NCBI GenBank assembly: GCA_030704615.1
Contig: CM060731.1
Location: forward strand, 10,044,001 to 10,108,000
Direction: 5' to 3'
Length of the DNA: 64,000 nucleotides
Source of the DNA: Takakia lepidozioides
Lineage: Eukaryota; Plantae; Bryophyta
The notes below the pieces were generated by a model. That model was not told the DNA's origin. It made no database searches and was given only the letters and a program-made list of their open reading frames with translations. Both the position numbers and the translations under genes were made by a program. Shown in pieces: positions 36,813 to 49,200 of the stretch (its first letter is position 1; the number at the start of each line of letters is the position of its first letter).

Positions 36813-39054
36813 TCACTCCTCATCACCTGAGTCATAGGTGTACTTGTCTGAGGAATGCAAGCTACGCTGGGCCTCCAATTTGGAGGATGATGAGGCCGAG
36901 TCCGAGATTACATCATCCTTCGAACCACCCCCTACTACTGGCTCTCCCCCATCCGGCCGAGCCACTGAAATACCCATCCCCACCCCTACAGATGCATTAT
37001 CCTCCGTCAATTGTGGCGTCTTGGCCATTTAGGCTACAAGGGCCTTCCACCCCTGAGTCTTGCAAAAGCTGTGCTCGATGGCGGAGGGATGCCTCTCAAA
37101 TTTCTTTTTCTGCACATGACATACAAATGAAATGACAGGTCAGAATTCATAATGGAAGGGAGAAGCTAAAAAAGAAGAATGGGTATGACAAGAGAAAGAA
37201 CACTTACGAATCGGGTGACAAAACTCTTGCTTTCGCTGGGGCCCCACTTGTATGTTGATTCCGCACACTTCTCGAGGCGGGCTGCAGTTGCCGCACGTCC
37301 CCTTGCGAAGATCTCCACCTTCAGCGCTTCCCTCTCCCCTGCGATGAGAGCCTCCCATGATTCATGTCTAGCCCTTGTCCAGCCCCAACAAAGACACTAT
37401 AAATGTTAATGAACTCCATACCGCAATGAACATGCATTCAAAGACACCAATGACAAGTGAAGTGTGTCTTACCTTGGTTATTCCATGTGGCATGGTCGTT
37501 GGTTCGACCCCCGCCTTGAGTGCCTTGCGAATGGTTTGTCGCGCACGGTATCTCTTGTCCTGGAGGTTCTTTCCCACCAGGTCCAAGAGCTTCCCCTCAT
37601 TCCACTCACCCGGAAATGTGCCCTCAAGTGCTTGCACGAATGCTCGCCTATGGCGATGTGATTGGCGTGGCCAAACAATATGCCAAGGGAACCACCTCGC
37701 CACCAAGTCGAAGGCTACTTTTTTTATGGCCTCCCAATACTCACCAATGGGGTCACCGACCTTATTGGTCTCTAAGTGGGGCACCTTTATCTTTGGCAAA
37801 TCAAGGTTGCGGGGACCCGAGGTCTTTACCTCGTCCACGCTCTTCTGAACTACCTCTCCCTTGTCTTTTGTTGCCCCGCTAATGCCCTCCACCGGCTGCA
37901 CGCTCATCTGAACTAGCTCCCCCTTGTCTTTTGTTCCCCCACTAGTGCCCTCCCCCGGCTGCACCTCTCTCCTTCTACTCCTCTTTCTCTTACGCTCCCT
38001 CTCCTGGGCCTATCCTTTCCCCTTCCCCTCCACTACTTCCCTACCCTCCTTGATGATTAGGGGAACCTCGAGGGCACGACGTCTTTTCCTCTTCCTCTTA
38101 CCGTCCCCACGGGTAGGCACCACCAATGTCCCTGCTTTGTCGGTGGCAATCCCACTGCTTGCCACAAGCTACAAATGCGCCAAGCTCCTGAACACAAAAC
38201 CCACAAAATTAGAAACAAACCAGAAACAAAATGAAAGGCAAAGGAAAGAAAGAAAGGTGAAGGAAAGAGGCTCACCTTTGCGTCCATGACTTCAATGATG
38301 CCCTCGGTCCCCGCTTGTGGTGCACCCCCCATAATGCCCTCTCGGAATAAGGGTGGAAGCCTATCACATGCACTCAATAGGCTCGCAGGCGGCGCCCCAA
38401 AGTCCAGGGTCTTCTTCATTGACCGTTCAGGCGACGGACTTCGCAAGGGGCCCTCCATAGCCAGTGTCACCCTCTCCTCTTCCCCCTCCCTTTCCCGTGC
38501 CCCCTTATTTCCCTCTTCCCTTTTATTGTCTTTCTCCCTCTTCCTTTCCTCCTCCTTCCACCTCATTGCGGCCTCCTTTGAAGCCTCCCTCTTCTCCCAA
38601 GGTGAGGAGGAACCCACCCCCTTCTGAGCCCCCCCCCTTATAAGCCCTTTTGGCTGTAGAAGAAGGGGAAAAGACATTAGCGGTGGGGCTAAGATCAAGT
38701 TGCCCATACCTAGCGGCAGATCTGAGAATGCGCTTCCCTACGTAAAAGTCAGGGCCCTCCATCAGCCCGTGGGGGGGGCGTCCCAGCCTGAACATTGGGT
38801 GCACCACCCTCAAGTGGAGGCTCATCCCCAGCCTCAACCTTCGAGGGCGTGGAGGCCTCGACGGCCTTACGGCTTGGTCCTCTCACATAGCCGCCTATAG
38901 GGCTGGTGAGTTTGGACCAAGTGGACCCTGTCACACGGCCGTCAATGATGATAGCGTTGTCAGGCTTCCCTACCTTAGCGGCAGACGATTTCTTCTCCTT
39001 TGGCGGCACCTTTTCCTTGTCCTTCGGCGGCCCCTTCTCCTTGTCCTTCGCCAT
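36813..39054 (-). pseudogene. TnpA/Ptta-En/Spm (Transposase_24)-like accessory gene of the CACTA element, multi-exon and disrupted
   Basis: WPRQS...LEGTFPGEWNEGKLLDLVGKNLQDKRYR...PHGITK, then an exon with ESWEALI...YKWGPS, resembles En/Spm accessory proteins. Low-complexity K/E-rich N-terminus with in-frame stops. Confidence 0.55.
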
Positions 39055-42000
39055 ACTACCAGCTTATCCCTGCACCCACAACACTACTACCGTGTGATTT
39101 CACATGCCAAAAACCAACAAGGCCTGACCTTCCCCCTTCCCCTCTCTTCCTCTCCCTCTATCTTTATGTCTCTATATCTTTGTCTCCCCCTTTCTCTCTG
39201 TGCTGATAAGCAAACAATGAAAAGAGGGGGGAGGGGGGGGGGGTGGGGTGGGGTGGGTGCTGAGAGCACCAGCACTTGCTGCTGCTGTCAGCCCCCCACC
39301 ATTCCAAAAAAAAAAAAAAAAAGGGTGGGGGGGACTGAGAGCAGCAGCAACAAGTACTTGCTGCTGCAGCTCTCAACGCCCCCCACCATTGCCAAAACCA
39401 AAAAATGAAAGGTCAAGGGGGGGGGCTGTTAAGATCAGCAGCAGCAAGCTCCCACCATTCCACAAACAAAAAATGAAAAGGTGGGGGGGGGGGGGGGGGA
39501 AGTGACTGAGCAGCACCAACAACAAGTGGGAGAGAGGGAGAAAGAGGGAGTGGGGAGGGAAAAAAAAAAAAAACTGAAAAAAAAGGTGGGGGGGGGAGTG
39601 ACCAAGCAGCACCAGCAATCTGAGCAACAGCTGCTCAGTCACCCACTCTCCCCCCAATTTTTTTTTTAAATTTTTTTTCCCCTCATTTCTCCGTTCTAGG
39701 TGCTGCTGGATGCTAAGTGGGATTGCAGAGCAGGGGAAGGAATCGCTTGCCAGAGACTCATCTTAAATGTTGAAAAACTAAACTACTCTATGGTTTTTCT
39801 TGATCCTACCTCTTTCCTTCCTTGATTTTTGAAGAACAAGTGTAATGTTTTCTACGATGGGCTAGTTCGGCCCAGCCAGTGGAAAACCTCTGTTATGTGG
39901 TGACAGCCTGATTTATGATGGCTTGTGTGAGAGACACGCATCTGTTTTCCAGGCCCTAGTTTGCTTTGCTTACCTTATGGTAGTTGGAAACAAAGTGAGA
40001 GGTTGCAAGGAAATGGTTGCTGCAGCTACTCGACTACCTCTGTTGGTAAAGGCCCATGTTATGTTCCAACCCAGATGGCTTTGTTAGCTAGATGCTTAGG
40101 CCAGGGTATGGTGAAGTTTCTGCCTGTGACTATTCGGCTGACACTAAAATATGGCAGTAATATAAATGGTAACTAGTTTTTGAGGCAGCCGGGGTGGTCA
40201 AGTGGAAATACCCCCTGGACATGGTGTAATGACATGGTCAAATGTGGAATGATGTGAAGGGTGTATTGACAGTATCATATATTGTCACAGGATGTGTATG
40301 CAGTCCTTTATATTTATCTTGTTGTGTCATGAGCTTTGATTTTCAGCTGTAGCAAGAAATAAAGGTATAGGGGTATTCTGGAAAACTTACCAGACATATC
40401 CACATCCCATGTGGGGGCAAGCTGTACTACACACCAGTCTAAACAAATACTGGCAAGACAAGGTATTTAAATCTGTGATATCCAGTGTTTTTTTTTTTAA
40501 AGAAAACCCTCCATGACACCCATGGGGTTTTAGTAAGTATGCTTGGATTACAGCTTGCAGACAGTAAATCTGTATGATTATGTGACCTGCACCACATCAA
40601 GGCCAAAATATGGCCAAGTACCCGCCATCCCACCCAGACCTCTGTAAGTGTATCATGATCTTGACTGGTGGTCAATCAACATCAGTGGCATACCCTTTGG
40701 GTTATGAATTATACTGACATGAACACATTACTGTGCATGTATGTAATTCTGGATTTTCTAAGCTTGATGATTGAGGGATGGTGCCACTGTTAAGTGGCTG
40801 ATATGTCTATTTATTCTTTCATGACAATGACCCTAGGGGTCATGTCTTTGTCTTGACATGACAAAAAGAATCTTCCCTCTCTCTCCATGAAATTGAAACT
40901 GAAGAACACTTCTTCTATTGTCCTATATACTATGAGATCTGTGGGGATTCCACTGTCTACTCCGTGGAACCCAAACTCTCACCGAAATCTCTCACTATGA
41001 AGATCAGAAATGCATGGTTGCTTACCTGCAGTTGGGCACCTCACGCAGCAGCTCCTTCACGCTGGCGTTCCGCTGGCGCTCCGCCACCAGGTCGCGTGGG
41101 CACACTCCCTCGCTCAAACAACAAAAAAGGGAGAAGAGAGAGAGAGAGAGAGAGCGAGGGAGAGAATGAGGGAGAGAGATAAGGGCGAGAGGGAGAGTGA
41201 GAGCTACGAGGGAGAGAGAAAGAGAGGGAGGGCAGCTCCCTCACACGGCAGCTCCTTCATGCTGGCGGTCCCTCCCGCGGCGCTGGCGCTCCACCAGCAG
41301 GTCACGGGGCGCACTCCCAGCTCGCTCAAACAGCAAAAAAAAACAAAACGACATAGAAGAGGGAGAGAGAGTGTGAGGGAGAGGGATTAGGGCGAGAGGG
41401 AGAGTGAGAGAGAGGGCGCGTACCGGTTTGAACGCCGTGGCGCGTCAGTGTTGTGTCACTGCCGCCGGAAAACACTCCGGTGCGCGGGGTAGTTGCGCCC
41501 GGGAGAGCTCGAGAGCAAAAAAAAACAAAGTAGGGATGGAGGAGGGGAGGGAGGGAGAGGGAGAGGGAGAGGAGGAGGGTGATGGAGAGAGAGATCAGAT
41601 AGAGAGATTGAGAGGGGGAGTGAGAGGCGGTCGGTGCAGCCGCGGCGCGCCAGTGTGACGACCCCACCGAAAAACCTCGGCAGCGATCAGGCGCCTTCGC
41701 GAAGGGAAGAAAGAAGGGGAGAGAAGGGCGGCCACCTTGGCATGACGAGGATCCGCTGCGATGTTGGGGAATTGCACAAGCGTCGCTGCCTTAGGGGGAC
41801 GTCGCACGACAGTCGCAGAGGTGAGTTGAAGAGGCCTCTCATTTTTTATTTTATTTTTTTGGTTTTTTGGGTTATGGGGTTTTTGCAATGATCATTTGGG
41901 TTTTTGGGTCTTTGGCTCTTAGGGTTTTAAGGGTTACATAGTTTAGTTTAGGGTTAGTTATAATATAGTTAGTTTAGGATTAGCTGCAATATAGTTTTGT

Positions 42001-42153
42001 TTTTAGGGTTTTTTTTTTTGGTGGGGTGGGGACATATGACTTTACGTTTGTAGGGTTTTCTTTTTCAAGTGTTTCCAAGGGTTGGGAGTATAACTCCTCC
42101 AGAGGTTACAGTGGGTCACAATACGGTACTCTACCTCTCTCTCGTGCTAGGTC

Positions 42154-44810
42154 ATGCCGCGTGTTTATCGATGTGTCACGCTTGAGGATTCGTTGCCGAC
42201 TGTGGCACAACCACCTACTGAGGGCGAGACAGCACGTTCGCCTCGTCTACGAGTTAGGCGGCATCGCCATGTCCGCACAGCTTTGCCCCCACGGCCACCA
42301 CCCCGAGGTCGTAGGCCGCCAAGTCCAGAGGCACGAGCCCTGGGGAGACCCCGCCGGGACCGCCTCCCCAAGATTGAGTGTTGGTGCAGTTGGTGTTGGG
42401 CACGACTACCGGTTGGGAGGACCACACCGATGATGCAGTGACCCCATGTTGTGCAAAAACATTACACTAAGTACGAGATTGCTGATGCAGCAAAGGTAAG
42501 TCGTCCATATATCTTTTCACGTACTCCTCAATTAAAAGTACTATATCTAATGAAACCTCACGTTTATGAATTGAGTATTGATGCATTTCATATCATGCAT
42601 CTTGCAGCCCCGTCTTGATGTCCAAGCTCGCAATTTTTTTTGCTGAAGAGGCATACCGATGCGAGTTTCTTCCTTCTTACGAGCCCCAACCCGTTCTGGA
42701 TGTAAACATTTTTTTCTCGCAACATGACGTAGATGCAGTTTGTGAGGTAGCGGGATACGATGCGCGTTTTTCTATTTTTGGGCACCGGGCTAGGCGTTTG
42801 TCACCGACGCACACACATTCGTCATCCTCGACATCGGCACCCCCATTATCACCATCATCCGCATCGTCCGTTCCTCCTATTGTAGATGGTCTTTCCTCAT
42901 CACCATTGCCATCCGAGGTCCCTCATACCGACCGGATACGTGTCCTTTCCCCTCCATTGCCGAGACCATAGCCGCCATTGAGTCCGAGTTTGACATCCTC
43001 GACATCGGCACCCCCATCATCACCATCATCCGCATCGTCCGTTCCTCCTATTGTACATGTTCTTTCCTCATCACCATCGCCATCCCGGCCATCTCAGCCA
43101 GTACTACCTCCACGCGAGATCCCTCATACCAACCTACGTGTCCCTTCCCCTCCATTGCCGATACCACAGCCGCCACCGAGTCCGTATCCGGGTCCTCCGG
43201 CAGAACGGATGGATCCCACCACCTTTGGGGACTGTGTATGACTGGGACCGATGGATCACTAGGTTCCCACTCTGGGAGAAAGCCCCCCGAAGTGATGGAT
43301 GGGCGCCGCCCCCTAGGAGAGGTGGACCGAAGTTGTTTCGCACGGTTGGTCCACGCCTTCGCCGGCCTGATGACGGCACCATACGTCATCGTGGTGCTAG
43401 GGAGCTATTCATGATGGGAGTCCAACCCCATTTCTACCAATGTCTTGTGCCTTGTCCAGTTCCGATTCTCGAGGGTGAGCCCTTTCTTTTTTGGGGTCGC
43501 ATGTATTGCGTAATGGAGGCAATGGACCCTAGTATGGGTCGCGGATTTTTTTGATGGAGGATGTAGTTTTGGGGGAAGGAGAGGATTCTATAGATTTGTT
43601 CCCCTATTTTGGGCCGAGGTACACCCACCGGGAGTGGCAATTATTGCAGACACACGGCCTTGGGTCCTTGATCCATCCTTACATCCTTGTTGTGAACGAC
43701 AATGATGTAAGGGCGAGAAATTTGGGCCGCAAAGCCCATATTTATTATGACGGAAACCCCGATGTGTACGGCAACGTGTCTGAGCTCATCAACAGTTCAG
43801 TTACCTTACCGCCGGGCCACACCGCCAACGTGTTTCGGGATGAGCGCCATGACGGGGATAGTAGATTGGACCCTAACATCACCATTTTTGTGATGACATG
43901 TGCAATGAGGACTATTAGGGCTGGAGATGAGTTGTTTGCAGAGTATGACTTTAGGTGTTAGCCGACTTTCATCATGTGTAGATGGATGTAGGAAGTCATT
44001 TTGTACATTGAGGTGGCTTCCTCCACCGTGTATATATATACATAGACATTGATGTGTATTTGGATGCAATTTTTCATGCTATATTCAAGGGAGTTTGGGT
44101 GGACGTTATATGTGAATTTATATAGTGTTTCCTTCATGTGGTGAAACAATGTATGTATTCCCCTCCAGGTGTGTATAATGTGTACTTTGGGTTTTATCCT
44201 GTATGATAATGAACAACGCCATGTATGGAAACTGATAATGACATGGTTATTTTTGGCATCTTAGGATGCCGGCCACAACCCCACGACATTAATTCATGAA
44301 GTTCCTGATCTTGTCATGAACCGGGATTTTGTTCATTCGGAGGGGGGTGCGTATCAAAGGGACCCGACCCTGTCTGAAATGACGGTCTCCGATGATGAGG
44401 ACAACAATGACAATAGAATTATGCATGAGGATGTGGCAGCAATGGAGGACCTCTTAATGCATCAGATGGTAGATGAGGACACAGACTCTTTGAATGACAT
44501 GGAAAAAGAAGCCAAAACTCCCTTATACGAAGGGGCCAAAGTGAGTAGACTTTCAACCATCTTGTTGTTGCTGAATTTGCAAATCCGGTTTGGCATAAGC
44601 AATGTGGGTATGTCCGCCATAATGCGGACTATTGCGGACTACATCCTTGCCCCACATTTGAAGTCGAGAATGCCACGATCAAGAAAAGAGGCAAGAGCAA
44701 CCTTGGATGCTGTGGGGATGAGCTATAAGATTTTTCATGCATGTCCATGTGATAAAACCCTGTACTACGGAGAGGATGCGAAACTCACCAAGTGTCCAAA
44801 GTGTAACTGC
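42154..44810 (+). pseudogene. CACTA Tnp2/TnpD transposase, 5' part (exon 42154-42495 + exon from 44265), truncated before the catalytic domain
   Basis: Exon 1 has IECWCSWC...VQKH (transposase-associated-domain-like, one TGA at 42439). Its phase-0 donor joins the acceptor at 44265 in frame to KTPLYEGAKVSRL...KIFHACPCDKTLYYGEDAKLTKCPKC, a typical Tnp2 N-terminus. Confidence 0.8.
42608..43961 (+). pseudogene. SET-domain (lysine methyltransferase-like) exon inside the CACTA transposase intron
   Basis: MGRGFF(L)MEDV..DLFPYFGP; DGNPDVYGNVSELINSS (cf. GN.ARFINHS); AMRTIRAGDELFAEYDF (cf. A.RDI..GEEL..DY). Preceded by a Pro/Ser-rich duplicated region. Lesions: poly-T frameshifts ~42635 and ~43550, another frameshift ~43205, TAG at 42969. 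Confidence 0.75.
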
Positions 44811-46241
44811 GAGTGTGATATACCATTTCAAATGGTTCATGTTGAAGTTGCAGATGCAACCATATGTTGTGTAAAACACTAGTTACCTATTAGAGAAATG
44901 CTCTACATTATAGGGCAAGGACCAAGAGCGGAAGATGTAAGTTGTTCCTACAATTTTGAGGTGCAAAATGGTGGTATGTACATGAGTATTTTCAACAATG
45001 CATAATAAGAGAACATACTACAATGGCCTGACGACAGTCAATGTCAAGCAATCACTACTACATTGCCACTGAGGTGGCCATGTCATTGGAAATTGACAAA
45101 ACATGGTGGACAATGCTACATCCTACCAAACCAGCCATGAACGACGAAAGCCATGCAAAGAACGGCCCAAGAATCATATGTATGCAAAATACCATCAAAA
45201 TTATACTTCGAATGCAGGGATGCCTCGGCGTGAGCCTGGTCACGTGAGCGCGTGAGCGCGACTGCGCTCACGCCACGTCACCTTGCGCAAATGCCACGTC
45301 ACGGGGCTCAGTCCACGTCATCACACGTGGAGGCCGAGTCACCACGCACCCAGAAAGAAGTGGAGTGTATTCCCGCGGATTGGCACCCTTTACCGCGGAA
45401 ACAAGCTGGACGACATAATAAAAGGCATTGAATAAATGATGGATGAATGTACAGTTGGATGATAAACAGATGGATGAGTGTGAAAAATGTATGTAGATGG
45501 ATGAATGACGGATGGATAAGAGTAAAATGGATGAATGTATAATGGATGTTGAGCAATGACAAAAATTCATGACAGGAAGATGCATGACCAAATCTTTTGA
45601 CGAATGCACAAAGTATATGAAATGAGTGTGGAAGGTTTGTGGGGTGGATTAAAGAGTACAGAGGATGAATGTACAATGGATGTTGTACAAAGGAAGCTTT
45701 CATGAATGGAGCACGCATGAATACAGTGTAGATGAATGCACAATGGATATGAGAAGAGTCAGGAAGGTTTGTGAGATGGATTCATACATATAGCAATTTA
45801 AACGAAAGTTGATTCTGTGATTATTATTTGTTCTAAAGGAACAACTACGGTAGAGGAAGGGGATTCAACGTTTTCCAGATAATATGAAAATGAATATTAA
45901 AAGAATACAGTTCAGTCTGACTCAGAGTCAGTACAATGTATCCCCTCTTCCTCTGCATCTAAGTCTAAGTATTTTAGAACACCGGATCCACGCTGGATAC
46001 ACCTACGGCTGGCCACTAAAAAGTCAGGGGATAGGGACTCGGCCGCGTGAAGTGCCATTGCTTCGGCATAAACAGGGAGCAGAAAATTGGAAAGGGGGCT
46101 GTCGAAAACAGACTCGCCAGAAATGACTGTATCTCCTGAAGATCCACCGCTGGCTTTCCTGAAAGACAGCCTGAAAAAGTTATTACTGTAACTTTGATGT
46201 TATCGAGAAATTGAGTATGACTCCCAAAGAGGGTTTAGCAC

Positions 46242-49200
46242 TTACTCACATGAAAAGTCGTTGTCGACCTGCTTATCTTCGGGATCGTCATCATTTCGAA
46301 TTTGAATCCGATCAGTCTGTGTGCCTGAAGTGGAGCCAGACAAAAGGGGGAGGAGCACGGTGTTGTAGAGGTCAGAATCACCCTCCATGCCAAAAAGGCT
46401 TCTTCCGCCTGCCTTGCATGCGTGGTAAGTTGCTCCTGCACCAGACAGGAGAACATAAACAGTTTGGAGGAGGGGATTTAAGCAGATGAAACTGTTGAAA
46501 GGAAACCAATTCGGAAGGGAGAAAACGAACCTGTGGACACAGAAAGATCGACCACCCGTGCAGAGCGGTGGCTGCATGACTCCAGCAGTATTTGCATGAA
46601 TGCTGGTGACTTTTCCTTTGCACCTCTCCAGGGAGTGCCATCTGGTCTCTTCAGAGTCTGACTGGACTGCATGAAGTTGTACAAAATGTCATCGACATGG
46701 GGCTCATAGGGGGGGTTGACGAAACAACCCTGGTCAGAAATCTCAAAGCTGCGGATGGAGGATGGTGTCTTTGATGTGCGAATCCTCCGCAGGCAGATCG
46801 CCTCGAACATCCTCGTCTGCCAAAGATAACAGGTTAGTGTGGTAAACACAATCTAAAGTGGAAGTGTGTACATCGGCTATTCAGAACTCTGACACAAAAA
46901 AACCATGAATCGTTGATGATCGGTGTCGATCATAAAACATTCTACTAGAGTGGAGCTGCAGAGAAAATTGAAACTCATGATCAAAGCACAAGCAGAAGGC
47001 AGACGGCATACCAGCTGACCAGGGAAACCCCCTTTCACAAGTAGAGGCTGTTCACACAATTCCATGTGCGCAAAACTTCAAACCCTGAAGACTTGAGGTA
47101 TGATGCCAATGCCCGACGACTATCATTGTCACATGACTGAAAAAGCAGAAGTGTCCCTGCATCAGAGAGGAAATTGTTACAGAACCCGAATACCCAACTC
47201 CAGTAGTTGTCCTCGAATTTGTTCCAGCCTGGCGTCTTGCCCTTTGGAAGAACTTCTGGCACAGCCTGGCCATCCGGGATGTCGAGAATGACAATGTCGG
47301 CCGCATAAGTTTTCTGCACACCGCACACGAAGGTGGGACCTGTGCTCACCTGCAACAGACATGTTTTTTATAAGAACGATGGCAAGAATGTTTTCAAAGA
47401 ACGAGACTGAAATACTGCCAACGAAACATTCAGAGAAAAAGGAAAGAAACTGGAATTCTCACCAGATTGAGGAATGAGATTATATTGTCCCAGGTAGGGG
47501 ATGGCACCCCAGTGTATCCTCTCTTTCGACTCTGCATCATCGAAAGCCAACCCTCATTAACAATTTTCATCTCTCCTGCTGAATCAGAACGGGAAGGGTG
47601 TGGCTTGGCATCGAACACGCACTGAAGAGTGCGGGTATATCTTCCAGCACTAAAGTCCTGCCCACTCTCCATCTCCTTTTCATTCTCCTTCCCCTTGTCC
47701 TTTTCCTTCTCTTTGGACTTGTCTTTGTCCTTTGGCTTTGCTGGTGAGATGGCTATGACATCAACAGCCTTGTCTTTTGGTTTGCGGCCCGCCTTCTTTC
47801 CCTTCTGCGGCGTTCCCTGAGCATCAGGCTCCTTGGCAGCCAAGGTTGCTATGTTTCGTTGATACTCTTCGTCAGTCAAAGGCGCCAGCATCTCAGCGTT
47901 ATTGTTCAAGTATTTCATATGCTGTTCTTGAAAGGTCGTGTGCTCAGGTGGGCAGTCAAGGTACCACCCACAGTCTCTGAAGTGAGAAGGACTCCAGTCC
48001 TTCAATATCCCTGCAGTATACATGGTTGGATCGTTTGCAGGGTCCGACCACATGTCAAGATAGTCGGGAATTCCGCTCAGGTGATTTCCTTCCATAAGCA
48101 CATATTTCGTGTACCTGAAAAAAGGAGATGAATCCCAACCCACAAAAGCGCTCAGTGAGTAAGATGCAAGTAGAACAGAAAGAATAAAACATGGATTGAA
48201 ATGGCTCTGACAACTGCTCCAAGGACCTTTCAGGACCACACTACTGCTCCAGATATGAATGTCGTCAACGCCATTCAGAACATTCCATTCCATGACACTG
48301 TAAATACATCCTAATCCAGGTGAATGCAAATAATCGATTAGAAATGACACAGACATAGAAGTGAATGTCGTCAACGACATTCAAGAATGAAGCCAAATTA
48401 TTACTGAAATGAAGCAAAATCACAGGATGGAAATAAAAAAATTGAGTAAGGAACCATCCAGGAAAACTCAATGCACATTCATAACGAACCTATCACTGAG
48501 GACCTCACAACATCACTGTATGTGAATGGCGTCAACGCCATTCACAAAAATACAAAAAAGAAACCAATTACTTAGCTCCCCAATCCATGAAAATTGAATT
48601 TGTCGCTTTTGAATAATACAGACACAGCTGTGAATGTCGTCAACGACATTCACTTTGGATTTCTTAAAACAGAGCTTATCAAGCCTCCATATTCATCGCA
48701 AGAGGAAAAAACAATGCAGAACAACTGAATGTCTGCATTGACATTCAGCAAAATGAAGTGAGGAACCCTCATTGTAACCTCTATGGACATTACAAAAATT
48801 TAAATAACCTTGAGGACCTCTCAACAACTCCGTATGTGAATGTCGTCAACGCCATTCAAGGACATTATCAATTCTAATCAGGGACAATATAATTGCACCC
48901 TTAGATCCTAACCAGGTGAATTCATATACTCGCTTAAGAATGACTCAGACAAAGAAGTGAATGTCGTCAACGACATTCAATCTGGATCTAAGATTGCAAT
49001 CCATATGAAGCCACATTTTTTCCCAAAAAAACAGTAGAGTTTCAAGTATGACATTGCACCTGTACACAACTCGCATCATGGCCCACTCTCCTCCAACCTG
49101 ACTGTCAAAGTCGTTGGACCGTAAAATGTTACCATCTTTGGAGAACTCCCGGAAAAAACAGTATCTCCAGGTGAGACCTCTCCACTTCCTTATGTATGCC

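Larger units (their letters stand above)
35919..44810. mobile_element. CACTA (En/Spm) transposon, right side truncated
   Basis: Begins CACTACTACGTTT at 35919. Dense GTCGC/GCGAC subterminal repeats at ~35950-36560. Contains TnpA-like and Tnp2-like coding regions. No right TAGTG terminus identified. Confidence 0.8.

Noticed and set aside
41910-42010. Interstitial telomere (TTTAGGG-like)
   Set aside because: Only scattered, degenerate units, more consistent with telo-box or low-complexity sequence upstream of the CACTA transposase gene.
45430-45790. GATGAATG/ATGGATG repeats as a functional array
   Set aside because: Irregular low-complexity microsatellite-like tract; its ORFs are His/Ile-rich artefacts.
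48256-48979. CRISPR array
   Set aside because: Spacers are long and variable (73-139 bp) and partly homologous to each other. The array lies in a spliceosomal intron and there are no cas genes.
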